A stretch of 64,000 nt of DNA. Source: Eledone cirrhosa. Lineage: Eukaryota. Made by a program: the position numbers and the translations under genes. Below, in pieces: positions 12,066 to 25,751 of this stretch. The DNA lies in the NCBI GenBank assembly GCA_964016885.1, contig OZ024754.1:4526001-4590000 (forward strand), given 5' to 3'. Numbering within the stretch: position 1 is the stretch's first letter; every line of letters starts with the position of its first letter. The notes below the pieces were generated by a model that was given only the letters and a program-made list of their open reading frames with translations, did no database searches and was not told the origin of the DNA.

Positions 12066-12494
12066 ATTGATGATAGTAGTAGTAGTAGGAGTAGTAGTAG
12101 TAAGAGTAGTAGTAGTAAGAGTAGTAGTAGTAGTAGTAGAAGATTAGTGGCAGGTGGGGTGGAGAGTGGAAAAGGCAAGCAGGCAGTTTCAATCTTAATA
12201 TCCTGACCGATGTTGAACCCCGGCACGGACTACGCATGCGTGTTAAAACTCGTTTGACATTCATCTATTTGCAGTTGTATAATAATTCTGCCTTCATCAA
12301 TGTCAAAGTTAGCTTCGATGAAGACGGATCGTTAACTGATGTTTTCAAACGCCATACAAGCCTTTGTCTCTCTCGTCCACCATTTCACTGTGTTAGCCTC
12401 AGCAACCACTTTCAACGACTCATTCTCTCCGACGATGACAGTAATCTAATTCAAGCCTTATCTTCATCTTCCGATTCTCCCCTTCCAGTCGGGT

Positions 12495-12533
<39 letters not shown>

Positions 12534-13461
12534 ATATATATATATTGTATGTGTGTGTGTGTGTATATATATATATTGTGTGTGTATATATATATATTGT
12601 GTGTGTGTGTATATATATATATTGTATATATGTGTGTGTGTGCAATTATGTATAAATATATATATATATATATATATATAGCGAGAGAGAGAGATATATA
12701 TATAGATATATACGTGTGTGTTTGTGTGCATTTGTATATGCAAATATATATATATGTGTGTGTGTGTATATATATATATATATTGTATATGTGTGTGTGT
12801 GCAATTATGTATAAATATATATATATATATAGATATAGATATATACGTGTGTGTATATGTGTGCATTTGTATATGCAAATATATATGTGTGTGGGTATTT
12901 GTGCGTACATATGTGTGTGGGTATATATATATATATATATATATATGCCATTATTACTTTTCTCGAATTACCAAGAGTGCCACCCATTGTTTCAACCACC
13001 ACCATCACCACCACAAGTGTCCTCCCCACCACCACTACCGCCACTATCACAAGTACCCTCCCCATCACTGCCACCCACCACAACTATCCTACCCTCCACC
13101 GCCACCACAAGTGCCCCCCCCCCCTCCATCACCACCTCAGGCATCCCCCTCCCTTCCACCACCTTGATGACCATCTTCACCAGTATCACCACTGGCAGCG
13201 TTGTGGCCATCGCAGTAACTACCACCACCAATACCATCCACCCCATCACCACATCATTACTATACTATCATCTCCACCACCATTATCACTATCACTATAA
13301 CTATCACAGCCAATACCATCCGCCCCACCAATGCCACACACAGATATATATAACATAAATATCGCCATCACAATCATCATCACCATCATCTAGATTGATA
13401 CCAGCAATATTGCTACAACTACCATCACACCCACTACCATGATTACGACATCCATTACTGA

Positions 13462-14045
13462 CAAATATCGCCACATACAGCGTCATCACCATACAGCACA
13501 AATATGGCCACATACAGCGTCATCACCATACAGCACAAATATCGCCACATACAGCGTCATCACCATACAGCACAAATATCGCCACATACAGCATCATCAC
13601 CATACAGCACAAATATCGCCACATACAGCATCATCACGATACAGCACAAACATCTCCACATACAGCATCATCACCATACAGCACAAATATCGCTACATAC
13701 AGCATCATCACCATACAGCACAAATATCGCCACATACAGCATCATCACCATACAGCACAAATATCGCCACATACAGCATCATCACCATACAGCACAAATA
13801 TCGCCACATACAGCATCATCACCATACAGCACAAATATCGCTACATACAGCATCATCACCATACAGCACAAATATCGCTACATACAGCATCATCACCATA
13901 CAGCAGAAATATCGCCACATACAGCATCATCACCATACAGCACAAATATCGCCACATACAGCATCATCACCATACAGCACAAATATCGCTACATACAACA
14001 TCATCACCATACAGCACAAATATCGCCACATACAACATCATCACC
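13462..14045. repeat. 37-bp minisatellite CATACAGCACAAATATCGCCACATACAGCATCATCAC (~16 units)
   Basis: Period 37 (13524 to 13561). Confidence 0.93.
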
Positions 14046-14183
14046 GTAACTATTGTTACTACTACCACCACTATTAGACACAGCATAAACATCACCACAT
14101 CACTATCATCATCCACATTATCATCCCCATTACAAGGTTTGAATTTGTTTACGAATTATTATAGATGTTTATTTATTTTCAAG

Positions 14184-14261
14184 GACTTCTGATATTTTCG
14201 TTGAAAGCAAAGTTTTTGCATTTGCCCCTAAAATACTACCGAGGGTCCCACTTGCTATCAG
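14184..14261 (+). CDS. Candidate 78-bp internal exon of an unidentified gene
   Basis: Acceptor tttattttcaag, donor CAG|gtaagc; length is a multiple of 3; two open frames (TSDIFVESKVFAFAPKILPRVPLAI or LLIFSLKAKFLHLPLKYYRGSHLLS). Confidence 0.35.
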
Positions 14262-16846
14262 GTAAGCTGACGACCTGACCAGTCCACCACTGACCATCAA
14301 AACAAACAACACACAACCCAGTAACACCACCAGAACCATCACAACAATTATCAATATCACCATTAACACCTTTACGACCACCATCGCCAGCAACGTCACT
14401 AACATCAGCCACTAATAGTGTAGACTTCTAGTATCCTTGACCCTAGGGCCACATTCCTGCTTACCACCATCGGCACAGTGTTGGTTACCCGCAGGTATGA
14501 GCTTTGCGTACTGGAATGGCTCTTCCAGTGCGTGTCGTTGACCATCCTCCAGGGAAAACGCCTTCTCCAATTCTGCGCGACGACCCCCCCCCCCCCTATT
14601 TGTTCATCACTGTGAGAGTTGGGGAGAACGTGAGGGACGGAGGCAGTGACAGTGGGGAGGGGAGGCGTTTGGTTCTTTTGTGTTCGGACCTGGTGTATAT
14701 GGTTCACCACTCCTTTTATAATTACTGCAGCGACTGCAAATTTTAACCTATATTTAATGTATTTATCATATTACTAGCACTACCACCATTAATATCACCA
14801 CGAATAGTACCATCTCTACCACCACCAGCACCACCATGAATAGTACCATCTGCACCACCATCAATACCACCACGAATAGCACCACCACCACCACCACCAT
14901 CAACACCATCAACAACAACAGCACCACCACCACTATCAGCAAATACACCACTCATAGTGCTACTACCAGCACCAAAAAACACCACCACCAGGATCACCAT
15001 CACATCTAATTGAACCACTTCCATCATCATCATCTTCCCTATCAGCTCCACCAACAATACCATTACCACCATAATCATCACCACCACCACCCAACCACCA
15101 AAACAAATATGTTCTCCCCCTCATGGGACCAGCTTTCGACTATAATTTGACCAAAATGTAAATTCTTCATTATTTATCTTTACACTGGAGTGTGTGTTTC
15201 TTGTATGAAAATTGAGTGGACTGACCAGAGGTTCAAATAGGAGCTTTAACGAATCTTACGTCCGCCTGTGAGCTGTGATTATGAGGTGAAAGGTGAAGGG
15301 TTAAATGTGTCAATGTATTCTGTCATGTAGAGTTTTCAAAGGTCGGGTTTGATATGACTTGAACACCTGCTTGCTATGACTTGAACACCTGCTTGCCATG
15401 TTGGAGAAGATTGGTGTATTAATAGTGAATATGAATGATCAGATCTAGTGATACACATACAGGCGAGACTGATGAGGGAATCGTATAGAAGAGAGAGGAA
15501 GGGTGAAATGTGTGAGAGAGAGAGAGAGAAATAAAAAAAAAACTGATGGGATAGAAAGACAGCAATCTAGCTTATGTATGCATATATATGATGGACTCTC
15601 CCGTCATGTTATCCAATGTATGAGTGTCCATTAAAAGTTGATGTGAGAAAGTGAACTGATGGTGAACTGCCCACACAAAGTTTTGTTTTAAGTGGTGAAG
15701 ACTTGTGTAGGAGCAACCACACCTTTTGGAACTGACGACACATCCTCGGTGCAAATGTTTGCCACGAAAAAAAAAGAATAGTATTTGGATGACCATTTAC
15801 TCTGCTGAGTTCCTCCGCCCTTTGCCGGATCTTGTATTTCACCCCGCAAGGTGTCCAAATATCACCCTCCTCACCAAGCAAGCTTGGTGGGGTTGCCGGT
15901 TTAGTCGTCGACGACCCGACCATGAGACAGGTTGTACTGGGTTACATGTTACCAGTAGCACTTATATATATATATATAAACTGTTATTTGCCTTAACTGC
16001 AACGTAAACAAATTCAAACTAGACCCATGTCATCCACGAACTAAAGTCATAAAAATGGGGAGAAGATGATTCATCCATGAATTGAACCTTTGGGCCCTTG
16101 AATAGATTCACCTGAAAGTATATAAAAGATTCCCCACAAAACACTCTTTCTTCATTCAGTTCGGCCCTCGTCTGATAAGTTCGGTACTTGGCTTTTATTC
16201 CGACTCTAGGGATATATTCCAGCACTCGGCCTGTATGCTAGCACTTGGGTTTTATTTGAACACTCGACCTATATTCCGACCCTCGGTTTTTCGTCCAGTA
16301 CTATCTCCAGCCATTCATTCATCTATTTGTTACACAAGGTTTTAAACAGTACACGTCAATGGAGTATCTCATCGTTAGAACCTATTTCTATACAGTTAGT
16401 TATTTTAGTTATTTATTTATTTATTTATTCCTTATCAGTGTCACCTGAAGTAGCAATCACTTTTAGAGTAGCATCTATCACCGAAACTAATCTTCAACGA
16501 GTTCTGGTCGCAATATGTTCAGAATTATTTCTATGCCTCAAACGTAATGTGACCTTTTTTCTTTTGCATATGTCTTTTATAATTTCTTTTAATATTTTCC
16601 TACATTTTGTTTTCAATTTTCGTTCATTTTAGAAAAAGGTTTATTAAATAACATTCCCATCAATGAGAGGGTTTGTTAAACTAGTTTTAGTTTTATTTTA
16701 CTTGTTTAATTTTCTTAAATGTTTCAATATTCCCACCCACTCCTAAAAAAATAAAGGTTCGGGGTGATTTGACTTCACCGAAATTACTTTAAATAATGTT
16801 CTTTATACATTTTTTTCTGTTTGTTTATCATTACCATTATCATTAC

Positions 16847-16888
<42 letters not shown>

Positions 16889-17359
16889 TATCATTACTAT
16901 TATTATTATTGTTATTACTACTATTATTACTATTATTATTACAATAAAGAAATCATTATTACTATTATTATTCCTATTATTATTCCTATTACTATTATTA
17001 TTACTATTATTATTATTGTTATTATTACTATTGTTATTATTATTATTGTTATTATTACTATTGTTATTATTACTATTGTTATTATTGTTGTTGTTGTTAT
17101 TTGACTGCTCGCCCCTTATTTTGTCTTCTTCACATGTTTAATACACAAAGCAAAAGAGGAAATTTATCTTTGTTACAGGTGCTTTTTATTAATTTAATTG
17201 TGTTGGAAATTAGTTCTGAACAGCTGCAGTTGTATCACTTTTTAACGATTCCTTCAAGACACTCTTTTTCAATCACTTAGACATTTCACTTGAACTTCTG
17301 TCTTTCATTCGTTTAAAGTTTCACGTTCCATTCAGATAGTCTTTCGTGGAATTTAACTA

Positions 17360-17875
17360 AAGTTCTGTTTCTCTGAGAAGAGTTCTGTTTCTCTGAGAAG
17401 AGTTCTGTTTCTCTGAGAAGAGTTTTGTTTCTCTGAGAAGAGTTTTGTTTCTCTGAGAAGAGTTTTGTTTCTCTGAGAAGAGTTTTGTTTCTCTGAGAAG
17501 AGTTTTGTTTCTCTGAGAAGAGTTTTGTTTCTCTGAGAAGAGTTCTGTTTCTCTGAGAGTAGGGGTTGTGTTTTTCTGAGAGTAAGGTTACTGTTTTTCA
17601 TTGAGTGAGGGTTCTGTTTTTCATTGAGTGAAAATTCTGTTTTATTGGGTGGGGGTTCAGTTTTTCATTGAGTGAGGGCTATGTTTCATTGAGTGGGGGG
17701 TTCTGTTTTTCATTGAGTGAGAGATGTTTCATTGAATGGGGGGTTCTGTTTTTTTATTGAGTGAGGGCTATGTTTTTTCATTGCGTGAGGGCTCTGTTAT
17801 TTCATTGAGTGAGAGATCTGCTTAACTGAGTGTAGGTTCTGTTTACATTGAGAGAGAGTTTTCTTTCATTGCGTG
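17360..17875. repeat. 20-bp minisatellite AGTTTTGTTTCTCTGAGAAG (~10 units) grading into a degenerate TTCATTGAGTGAGGG-type array
   Basis: Direct reading. Confidence 0.9.
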
Positions 17876-18601
17876 AGAAGTTGGATTTGCTGACCCAGAA
17901 AGTCTGAAGGACAAAGTAGATTTCGGCGGGATTTGAACTCAAAGCGTTGACAGCCAAAACAGACAGCGAGGCATTTAATCCAACTCTGCTAATTTGTCGC
18001 CTGTAATGCAGGTTTAGGTGGGATGTTGAGTATCTAGTTTTTTTGTTTGTTAGTTTGTTTGTTGGTACATTTTTTTTCCTGTGGAACCGTGTGTGAAAGA
18101 CCCTGTATGGGTGACGAGATGCTGGTAGAATGAGATGTAGTGGATGTGGAAGGTTGAGATAACTAAAGAAAGTTCTGACTGAGAAACAGAATGTCCTTTT
18201 GTAGTAAGGATAGAAGGGGGGCAGACAAGAGATAGACTCACAGCGATGCTATAAATAAAGATTTAAATACTTAAAGATGTACATACTTAAACACGCTGGA
18301 GGTTTTTTCTATATTTTTTGTAGTTTTCTGTGCCATGTTCTTTTTTTTTTTTATATATTTTTCTTATATTTATTTTCATTTTTTTCTTTCCTCTTTTTCT
18401 CTTTTTTCTCTTTTTTTCCCCATTTTCTACAAAACGGCTTCGTGGTGGTGTTAGTTTTAGTACGACTGTTGTTGTTGATGTGTTGATGTTTATGTTGGTG
18501 TTGATGTTGGTGGTGATTTGTTGTTTTTGTTGATGTTTATGTTGGTGTTGGTGTTGATGTTGGTGGTGATTTGTTGTTTTTGTTGATGTTTATGTTGGTG
18601 A

Positions 18602-18641
<40 letters not shown>

Positions 18642-19007
18642 TATGATGTTGTTGTTGATCTTATTGCTGGTGTTGATGTTAATGCTGCTGTTGTAGATGT
18701 TATTGTTGGTGTAGGTGATGATGTTGCTGGTGTTGATGTTATTGTTGATGTTTATGATGGTGTTTATGTTGATGTTAATATTGCTGTTGACGTTATTGCT
18801 GGTGTTGTGGCTGATGTTGTTGCTGATGTTGTAGCTGATGTTGTTGCTGATGTTGTTGCTGATGCTGTTGTTGCTGATGTTGTTGTTGATGTTGTTGATG
18901 TTGGCGCTAAATGCCTGGGTTATTGTTGGGGTTGTTAGCATATAGGTTTTCAACACAAAATATTTACAGTAAATATAACTGAAATTTAGAGAGAGAGAGA
19001 GAGAGAT

Positions 19008-19166
19008 GGACGCCATGCTTTGTAGCATAGAGTTACGGCCCTTTATGGTCTGACTTCAAATCCCGCCGAGATTAACTTTGCATTTCATCCTTACGGGGTC
19101 GATAAAATAAAGTACCAGTAATGCACTGGCATAATTGCTGGCTTTGGGACAAAAGTAGAAACAATT
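19008..19166 (+). mobile_element. Family A SINE
   Basis: Matches the in-window consensus; (ATT)n tail. Confidence 0.9.
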
Positions 19167-19428
19167 ATTATTATTATTATTATTATGGCATACATTATAT
19201 TACATCTTAAATTATGGTTATGTCACATTTCTATGACATCCATCATATAAGAAATGTTATATTATATGTAGTATACGATATTTATCAAATTAAATATATG
19301 ATATATCATTTAAAATCGTATTCAATTTCATTACAGCCACCATAATTTCCTGACAATATTAAAGCAAGGATAATGTTACATTTATTCATATGACAGAATA
19401 AATATGAACCCTATATTACTTCCTTTAA

Positions 19429-19783
19429 TAATTGTTCCTACTTTTGGCACAAGGCCAGCAATTATCCCAGTGCATTACTGGTACTTTATTTTATCGACCC
19501 CCGTAAGGATGAAAGGCAAAGTTAACCTCGGCAGGATTTGAACTCAGAATGGCAAGGGCCGTAACTCTATGCGTCAAAGCATGGCGTCCGACCTTCTACC
19601 GATACGGCCAATCCACCACAATAGTAATAATAATAACTAATTTAATCAACTTTCCCATTTTCAAGGAAAAGGGGAAAGTTGATTAAATCAACCCCAGTGC
19701 ATTACTGGTACTTTATTCTATCGACCCCATAAGGAGGAAAGGCAAAGCTAACCTCGGTGGGATTTGAACTCAGAACGTTAAGG
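19429..19783 (-). mobile_element. Two family A SINEs (19429-19618 full, 19671-19783 partial)
   Basis: Match to the in-window consensus. Confidence 0.9.
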
Positions 19784-20360
19784 GCTCTTCTACTAGCTAA
19801 AGCTGCAAGCCATAATGACAACCATAGACAGTTTGGCTTGATTTGTGCTGTACAACCATTCTGAAATTAAAAAGAAGAAAATTTACCCTCACTGGAAGGA
19901 TAAGTTATCCCACGGGTATAATTCTCGGAGATAATTTGTCTGTGATGCCATTTATACTTTCAGTAGACACTTTTTATTGAAAAAATCTGAAGATTACGTT
20001 AACTTGACACACAAACTGACAGCAACACCAACTTTACTCTCAGTATTATATGAATGATATGACATCATAATACCGAGATATGAATGCTATGAGAAGGAGC
20101 CTTGACCTGGTTACGACTTCCTCAAAGGACACAGGAAGTTTGGTCAGGATCAGTGTTCCTATATGATTGTAAAACGAGAGGCAAGTATAAGCCTGTCTAG
20201 CCTATATATCTACCAATGGCTTTTTTTTCAATTATTTCTCCTACATCTGGTAATAAATGCTGCTTCAGGTACGTCTGGATAGATGAAAATATATCCGATG
20301 ATGGAACTTGTAACAAGGAACACGTTAAGGATGAATATAACACCCGCTTCAAAAGATATT
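19784..20360 (+). pseudogene. Degenerate reverse transcriptase of an R4/NeSL-like (RLE-type) non-LTR retrotransposon
   Basis: Collinear motifs across frameshifts: GIILGDNLSVMPFILSV (QGD.LS motif), YMND (YxDD), LDLVTTSSKDTG, KFGQDQCSYM, FRYVWIDENISDDGTCNKEHVKDEYNTR (YKYLG..E region). Confidence 0.75.
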
Positions 20361-20384
20361 GTCCTCAAAACTTTCCGCTCAAAA

Positions 20385-20590
20385 TTTCTTTGCCAACATA
20401 TTTCTGATAGGGTCGTGGGGGCAGTCCTCAAACACTCTTTCCAGAGGGTCCTGCCAGAGGCAACAACCGTCTCCAACTGATCCGGCTGGATCCCAAAGCG
20501 TACCCAGCCAAGCTCATGGATGTTATTCAAATATCTTGCTAGGGGTTTACCCCTGGTTCTCTTTCCGATTGGTTTTGTAAAATCTGTCCA
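20385..20590 (-). pseudogene. RTE-clade LINE 3' end
   Basis: GKRTRGKPLARYLNNIHELGWVRFGIQPDQLETVVASGRTLWKECLR; homologous to 35230 and 35658. Confidence 0.8.
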
Positions 20591-20825
20591 GCGAGATTCT
20601 TTCCTGAGACATTCTAACCACATGCCCATAGTATAAATCACTATAAATCGAGCAAATTTTCTTTTTATCGATAAGACACCAGATGAGATTAGTGCCATCA
20701 CTATTAAAACCCGAAAATGCCAGAAAATTCTACATCAGCAAATATAGGCCTAAAACGAAAAGGAGGCAGCAGAGGCTTATACGATTCAAACATCTGAAAC
20801 TTTTATCATATTTATTCGACACTAA

Positions 20826-21006
20826 TAACTGTTTCTACGTTAGGCACAAGACCAGCAATTACCCAGTGTATTACTGGTACTTTATTTTATCGACCCCGTA
20901 AGGATGAAAGGCAAAGTTAACCTCGGCGAGATTTGAACTCAGAATGGCAAGGGCCGTAACTCTATGCGCCAAAGCATGGCATCCGACACTCTACTAATAC
21001 TGCCAA
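20826..21006 (-). mobile_element. Family A SINE
   Basis: Match to the in-window consensus. Confidence 0.9.
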
Positions 21007-21356
21007 ACAAAGTATCCAATGGTATCTATAGGTCAAGACTTCATACCAGACTCAGATAGTATCCAGAGAATGAGGAAAATGTTTCATCATAAGGTTTTCA
21101 TCATGAGGATGCACAACTGGAGATATTGCACAGCACTAACATTATACAAGGGTAGGCTGAACATTTCATAGGCTGCAGGATCATCAATGACGAGCGCGCA
21201 CACACACACACACGTAGTCATCACATATGTTAGCTATTTCATCCCATTCTAATTAATTAGTTATTTTCAAGAGATTCTTTCCGTGCCTTAAATATGTCAT
21301 GTGTTCACTTTTATATTGGCACCTTTTGTTTTGTTGTTAAGCTTCAGTCTTAGGTT

Positions 21357-21428
<72 letters not shown>

Positions 21429-21477
21429 TCATGTATGCATATATATAATATATATATAAACACACACATACACACAT

Positions 21478-21544
<67 letters not shown>

Positions 21545-21651
21545 TATATAAATATGCACACGTACACACACACACATTCATGTATGCATATATATAATAT
21601 ATATATAAACACACAGACACACACACACACATATATATATAAATATGCACA

Positions 21652-21690
<39 letters not shown>

Positions 21691-21859
21691 CCATGTATGC
21701 ATAAATATAATATATATATAAACACACAGACACACATACACATATATAAATATGCACACGTACACACACACACACACATCCATGTATGCATATATATAAT
21801 ATATATATAAACACACACAGACACACACACATATATATAAATATGCGCACACGCACACA

Positions 21860-21901
<42 letters not shown>

Positions 21902-21933
21902 TGTGTGTACGTATGGGTTATATCGAGCATTAA

Positions 21934-22126
21934 TAATTGTTTCTACTTTTGGCACAAGGCCAGCAATTATCCCAGTGCATTACTGGTACTTTATTTTATC
22001 GACCCCCGTAAGGATGAAAGGCAAAGAGTTAACCTCGATGGGATTTGAACTCAGAATGGCAAGGGCCGTAACTCTTTGCTGCAAAGCATGGTGTCCCACC
22101 CTCTACCGATACTGCCAATCCACCGC
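21934..22126 (-). mobile_element. Family A SINE
   Basis: Match to the in-window consensus. Confidence 0.9.
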
Positions 22127-23044
22127 TTTGGTGGATTTATAATGGGTTTATATACTTCTAGTATATATACTTCTAGTAATGTACTCATTACACAAGCACT
22201 ACACGTTATTAGCGACTAAGAGCAGGATGTTCTCACATTAAGAGAATTGCAGTAGTTTTGATTCCAAGTTGAACAATTTCCTTTCTTACAGTTTCCGGTC
22301 TTAGTTTTCGTATATGAAGCCATCTATAGTGACCCGTTCCACTTAATAAGAATTCCAACACTGACAAAATAATAATAATAATAATAATAATAATAATTTT
22401 TAAATGGTTTCTCATTGTATTATATATATATATAAACAGTTTTTTTTTTATGATTGTTCGAAAAGAAAAGAAGGAAAAAAGTAACTCTGAGGAGGATAAT
22501 AAAGGATAGATTTCTATCATATAAAGAACTTAGCAGGCCATATACGTTTTGTCTTTTTTTACTGCCCTTCCCCCCTTCCCCCTTTCCCTCATAATATAAA
22601 TATTTGATAACAACGAGATAAGGTGTTGATTTAATTGAAAAGACGTGACATGCTATATAAGAGAAGAGTATGGACTATATAACAATAATAATAATGAGGA
22701 TGGTGATGAGGATGATGATGATAGTCTGGTGGGGGTTGAATACGTTAGTGTAATTGCTTTAGGCAAGTAAAATAATACTGTTTTAGAAGTTTGGCCGAAG
22801 TTGTGCATCTGGTAAGCATCTGTTTGGTAATCACTGTTTGTCTATTAGCTTTATGTTTCTGAAATACAGGCGAAAGTAGTGAAAGTGTGAGATATTAACC
22901 CCGAATTCTAAGACAAAGCAAAGTGTGTGGGGGGGGGGGGGGCAATTTCTACAGACGAATAGTTGGGGAAACTCCCTTGCCAAATATTCTTTCGTTTATT
23001 TTATTATTATTATAAATTTTTTTTTTTTTTTTTTTTTTAACTGG

Positions 23045-23225
23045 ATTCAGACATTGGACTGAGACCATGCTGGGGCACCGCCTTGAAAGTATTTAGTCGA
23101 TCAGATCGGCGCCAGTACTTACGTAATTCTGTTGTTGGTTTTTCAAATATCTGCTCCTTATTTAACCAATCTCTGTTTCCCGAACCGCTAGGTTACAGGG
23201 GCATGGTAAACGTAAACACAAACTC
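23045..23225 (-). mobile_element. Diverged octopus SINE-like repeat (different tail family)
   Basis: CCATGCTGGGGCACCGCCTTGAA...TAGTCGA...CCAGTACTTA...CGAACCGCTA.GTTAC recalled as a common octopus repeat; single copy here. Confidence 0.5.
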
Positions 23226-23349
23226 GAGCACACACATATGGCTCTCTCTCTTTCTCTCTCTTTCTCTCTCTTTCTCCCTCTTTCTCTCTTTCTTCCTCTT
23301 TCTCTCTTTCTCTCTTGTTCTCTCTCTCTCACACTCTCTCTCACACTCT

Positions 23350-23490
23350 CTCACATTCTCAGTCACACTCTCTCACATTCTCAGTCACACTCTCTCACAT
23401 TCTCAGTCACACTATATCACATTCTCAGTCACACTATATCACATTCTCAGTCACACTATATCACATTCTCAGTCACACTCTCTCACATTC
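23350..23490. repeat. 22-bp minisatellite CACATTCTCAGTCACACTCTCT
   Basis: Period 22. Confidence 0.85.
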
Positions 23491-24147
23491 TCTCCCACCC
23501 TCTCTCACTCTCTCTCTAATTCTCTCTCTCATTCTCTCCCTCATTCTCTCTCTCTCCCTCTATCCCCCCTCCCTCCCTCTATTCCTCCCCCTTCCGTCTA
23601 TCCCTCTCCCTCTCCGTCACTCCCTCTCCCTCTCCGCCCCTCTCTCTGACCAACTGGAACACTCATCGTCTTAACCAACCGAGATCCATTCTATCCCATC
23701 CCATGTTGATGACTTACGTGTGTTTGTAAGAGATATTTCTAAAGGTATACTCTTGTATAGTTTATATGATTGAATAGTTTAATGTTTGAGTTGTATGCAT
23801 TTCTGTTGTGTATGCAATTGTACAGGACATACAGTGTTCTTGCTTATATGCTTGTGTAGTGTGGTTATATTGTGTGTGTGGCTTTGTGTAGAGTTTTCTG
23901 TTTAAAATGTTTCATTGTTTCGATAAACATTTGAGTTGTTGAAAAGAAAATATAAATATATAATTGTGTATGTATGTGTGTGTGTGTGTGTGTGTATTTT
24001 TAATTTGGGTGATGTGTGTGTATGTGAATCGTTCTGTGTGTGTGTGAATCGTTATGTGTGCGTGTGTGTGTGTGAATCGTTCTGAGTGTGTGTGTGTGTT
24101 TTATGTATGTGTGTGTGAATTGTTCTGTGCCTGTATTTAAGTTTGCA

Positions 24148-24217
<70 letters not shown>

Positions 24218-24419
24218 GTGTGTGTTTATAAGGATGCAAATAGGGAGAGAATGATACAGAGATAGAAAAACACAGCCACACGTGTTGATTCCCTTCTATC
24301 TGCATGACTGGTTTATCTTCCAAAGCGTTATTCCTTGTTCACAGAAACTCACCTTACCAAGAACTAACAGCAGCTAACAAAAGCTACAAGACCATAACGT
24401 ATATACTACTACTACTAAA

Positions 24420-24660
24420 TAATAATTTCCTTTATTCGCCACAAGGGCGCTGAATGAGAGAGATATTATATTACAAAGACAGTTTACATAACTTGTGAAG
24501 GTTTACATAGATTCATTTTCTCAACTGATTTGTATGTATGGTGAATATAAACAGACCTCTTGATACAAGAGGACCTCTAAATCTAATTTTCGTTCTCTGA
24601 CCTATCGACTTAGGCTAAAAGTATGAAATATACGTTCTTGCCATTTTTTGCCAAAGTAAT
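24420..24660 (-). mobile_element. Probable 3' end of a second Tx1-like family
   Basis: Minus strand GCCCTTGTGGCGAATAAAGGAAA-TTATTATTTAGTAGTAG parallels GCCCTAGTGGCAAATAAAAGAAA of the 2264 element; 5' extent unclear. Confidence 0.45.
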
Positions 24661-25235
24661 ATTGATAAAATGTATGTTATTGTTCCCAATAACCCAAGAC
24701 GTGGGCAGAACAAGGACGAAGTACAGCAACAATAGGGCATTTACTTGGTATAAATAGAAGCCGAAATCAACAAGAACAACATATAACGATATATAAATAA
24801 GACGGGTTTCCAATAGAATAATCCTGGTAAGAACCAAATACAAACCCTCTGATTATTCTGACGCATCAAAAGTAACAAATCTACTCTCTTTCAGTTTTTG
24901 TCATTTATTTTCTTCCCCACCTAATCAAGGTAGGTCTATTTAGTCTCATAAGGTGCTCGATTTAGGAGGGCCGATTTAAGCCTTGGATATTATTCGTTCT
25001 GAGTTCAAATCCCACTGAGGTACACTTTGCCTTCCACCCTATCGATGTCGATAAAAAAACCTATCAGAAGAGTGCTCTTGCTTTCTGCTCTCTCATTCTG
25101 GATGCTCCACTGAATCAAAGTGGGGAGGGCCATGAGGGTATCTGCGTTTTCTAGCGACTACATGGACACCTAAAACCCATAACGGAAGCATTGCCACATA
25201 CAATCATGTCATATTCGATTGCGAGTGACTGCTAC

Positions 25236-25409
25236 CAGTATCGGTAGAGGGTTGGACCCCATGCTTTCTAGCATAGTTACGTCCCTTTACAGTCTGAGTT
25301 CAAATCCCGCCGAGGTTAACTTTGCCTTTCATCCTTACGGGGTCGATAAAATAAAGTACCAGTAATGTACTGGATAATTGCTGGCCTTGTGCCTAAAGTC
25401 GAAACAATT
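25236..25409 (+). mobile_element. Family A SINE
   Basis: Match to the in-window consensus. Confidence 0.9.
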
Positions 25410-25429
25410 ATTTAGTATCGTCATAAAAA

Positions 25430-25532
25430 CACGTGGCTGAGTGGTTAGAGAATTAGATTCGTAATCGTGAGGTTGTGAGTTCGATTCCCGGACCTGACGA
25501 TGCGTTATTTCCTTGAGCAAGACACTTTATTT
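25430..25532 (+). mobile_element. CORE-type SINE (family B) interrupted by a hAT MITE
   Basis: A and B boxes plus CCTTGAGCAAGACACTTTATTT. Confidence 0.85.
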
Positions 25533-25751
25533 CAGGCATGTCAAACTGAGGGGTCGTCGAGGGCCACATGGGTCATATATGTGCTGTCTGAAAGACAGAC
25601 ACGACAACTAACTGCTCACATTACAACACATTTTTTTAATTTTATATTACGAAGATAAAACATGCTCGCGCTGTAAAAATCTTTGTGTGGACCACAAGTG
25701 TGCTAGTAAACGGCCACATGCGGCCCGTGGGCTGCATGTTTAACAAGCCTA
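25533..25751. mobile_element. Non-autonomous hAT (Charlie-like) MITE
   Basis: TIRs CAGGCATGTCAAAC / GTTTAACAAGCCTA; exact 8-bp TSD CTTTATTT (25525-25532, 25752-25759); internal GGCCAC/GCGGCCCG motifs. Confidence 0.85.

Noticed and set aside
12275-12498. Open frame LYNNSAFINVKVSFDEDG... as an exon, or a solo LTR (TGTAAC on the minus strand)
   Set aside because: Weak acceptor, no donor, no matching LTR end or TSD; left unclassified.
20163-20268. Apparent signal-peptide first exon MIVKREASISLSSLYIYQWLFFQLFLLHLVINAAS with donor gtacgt
   Set aside because: It lies within collinear R4/NeSL-like RT motifs and is better explained as a retroelement relic.
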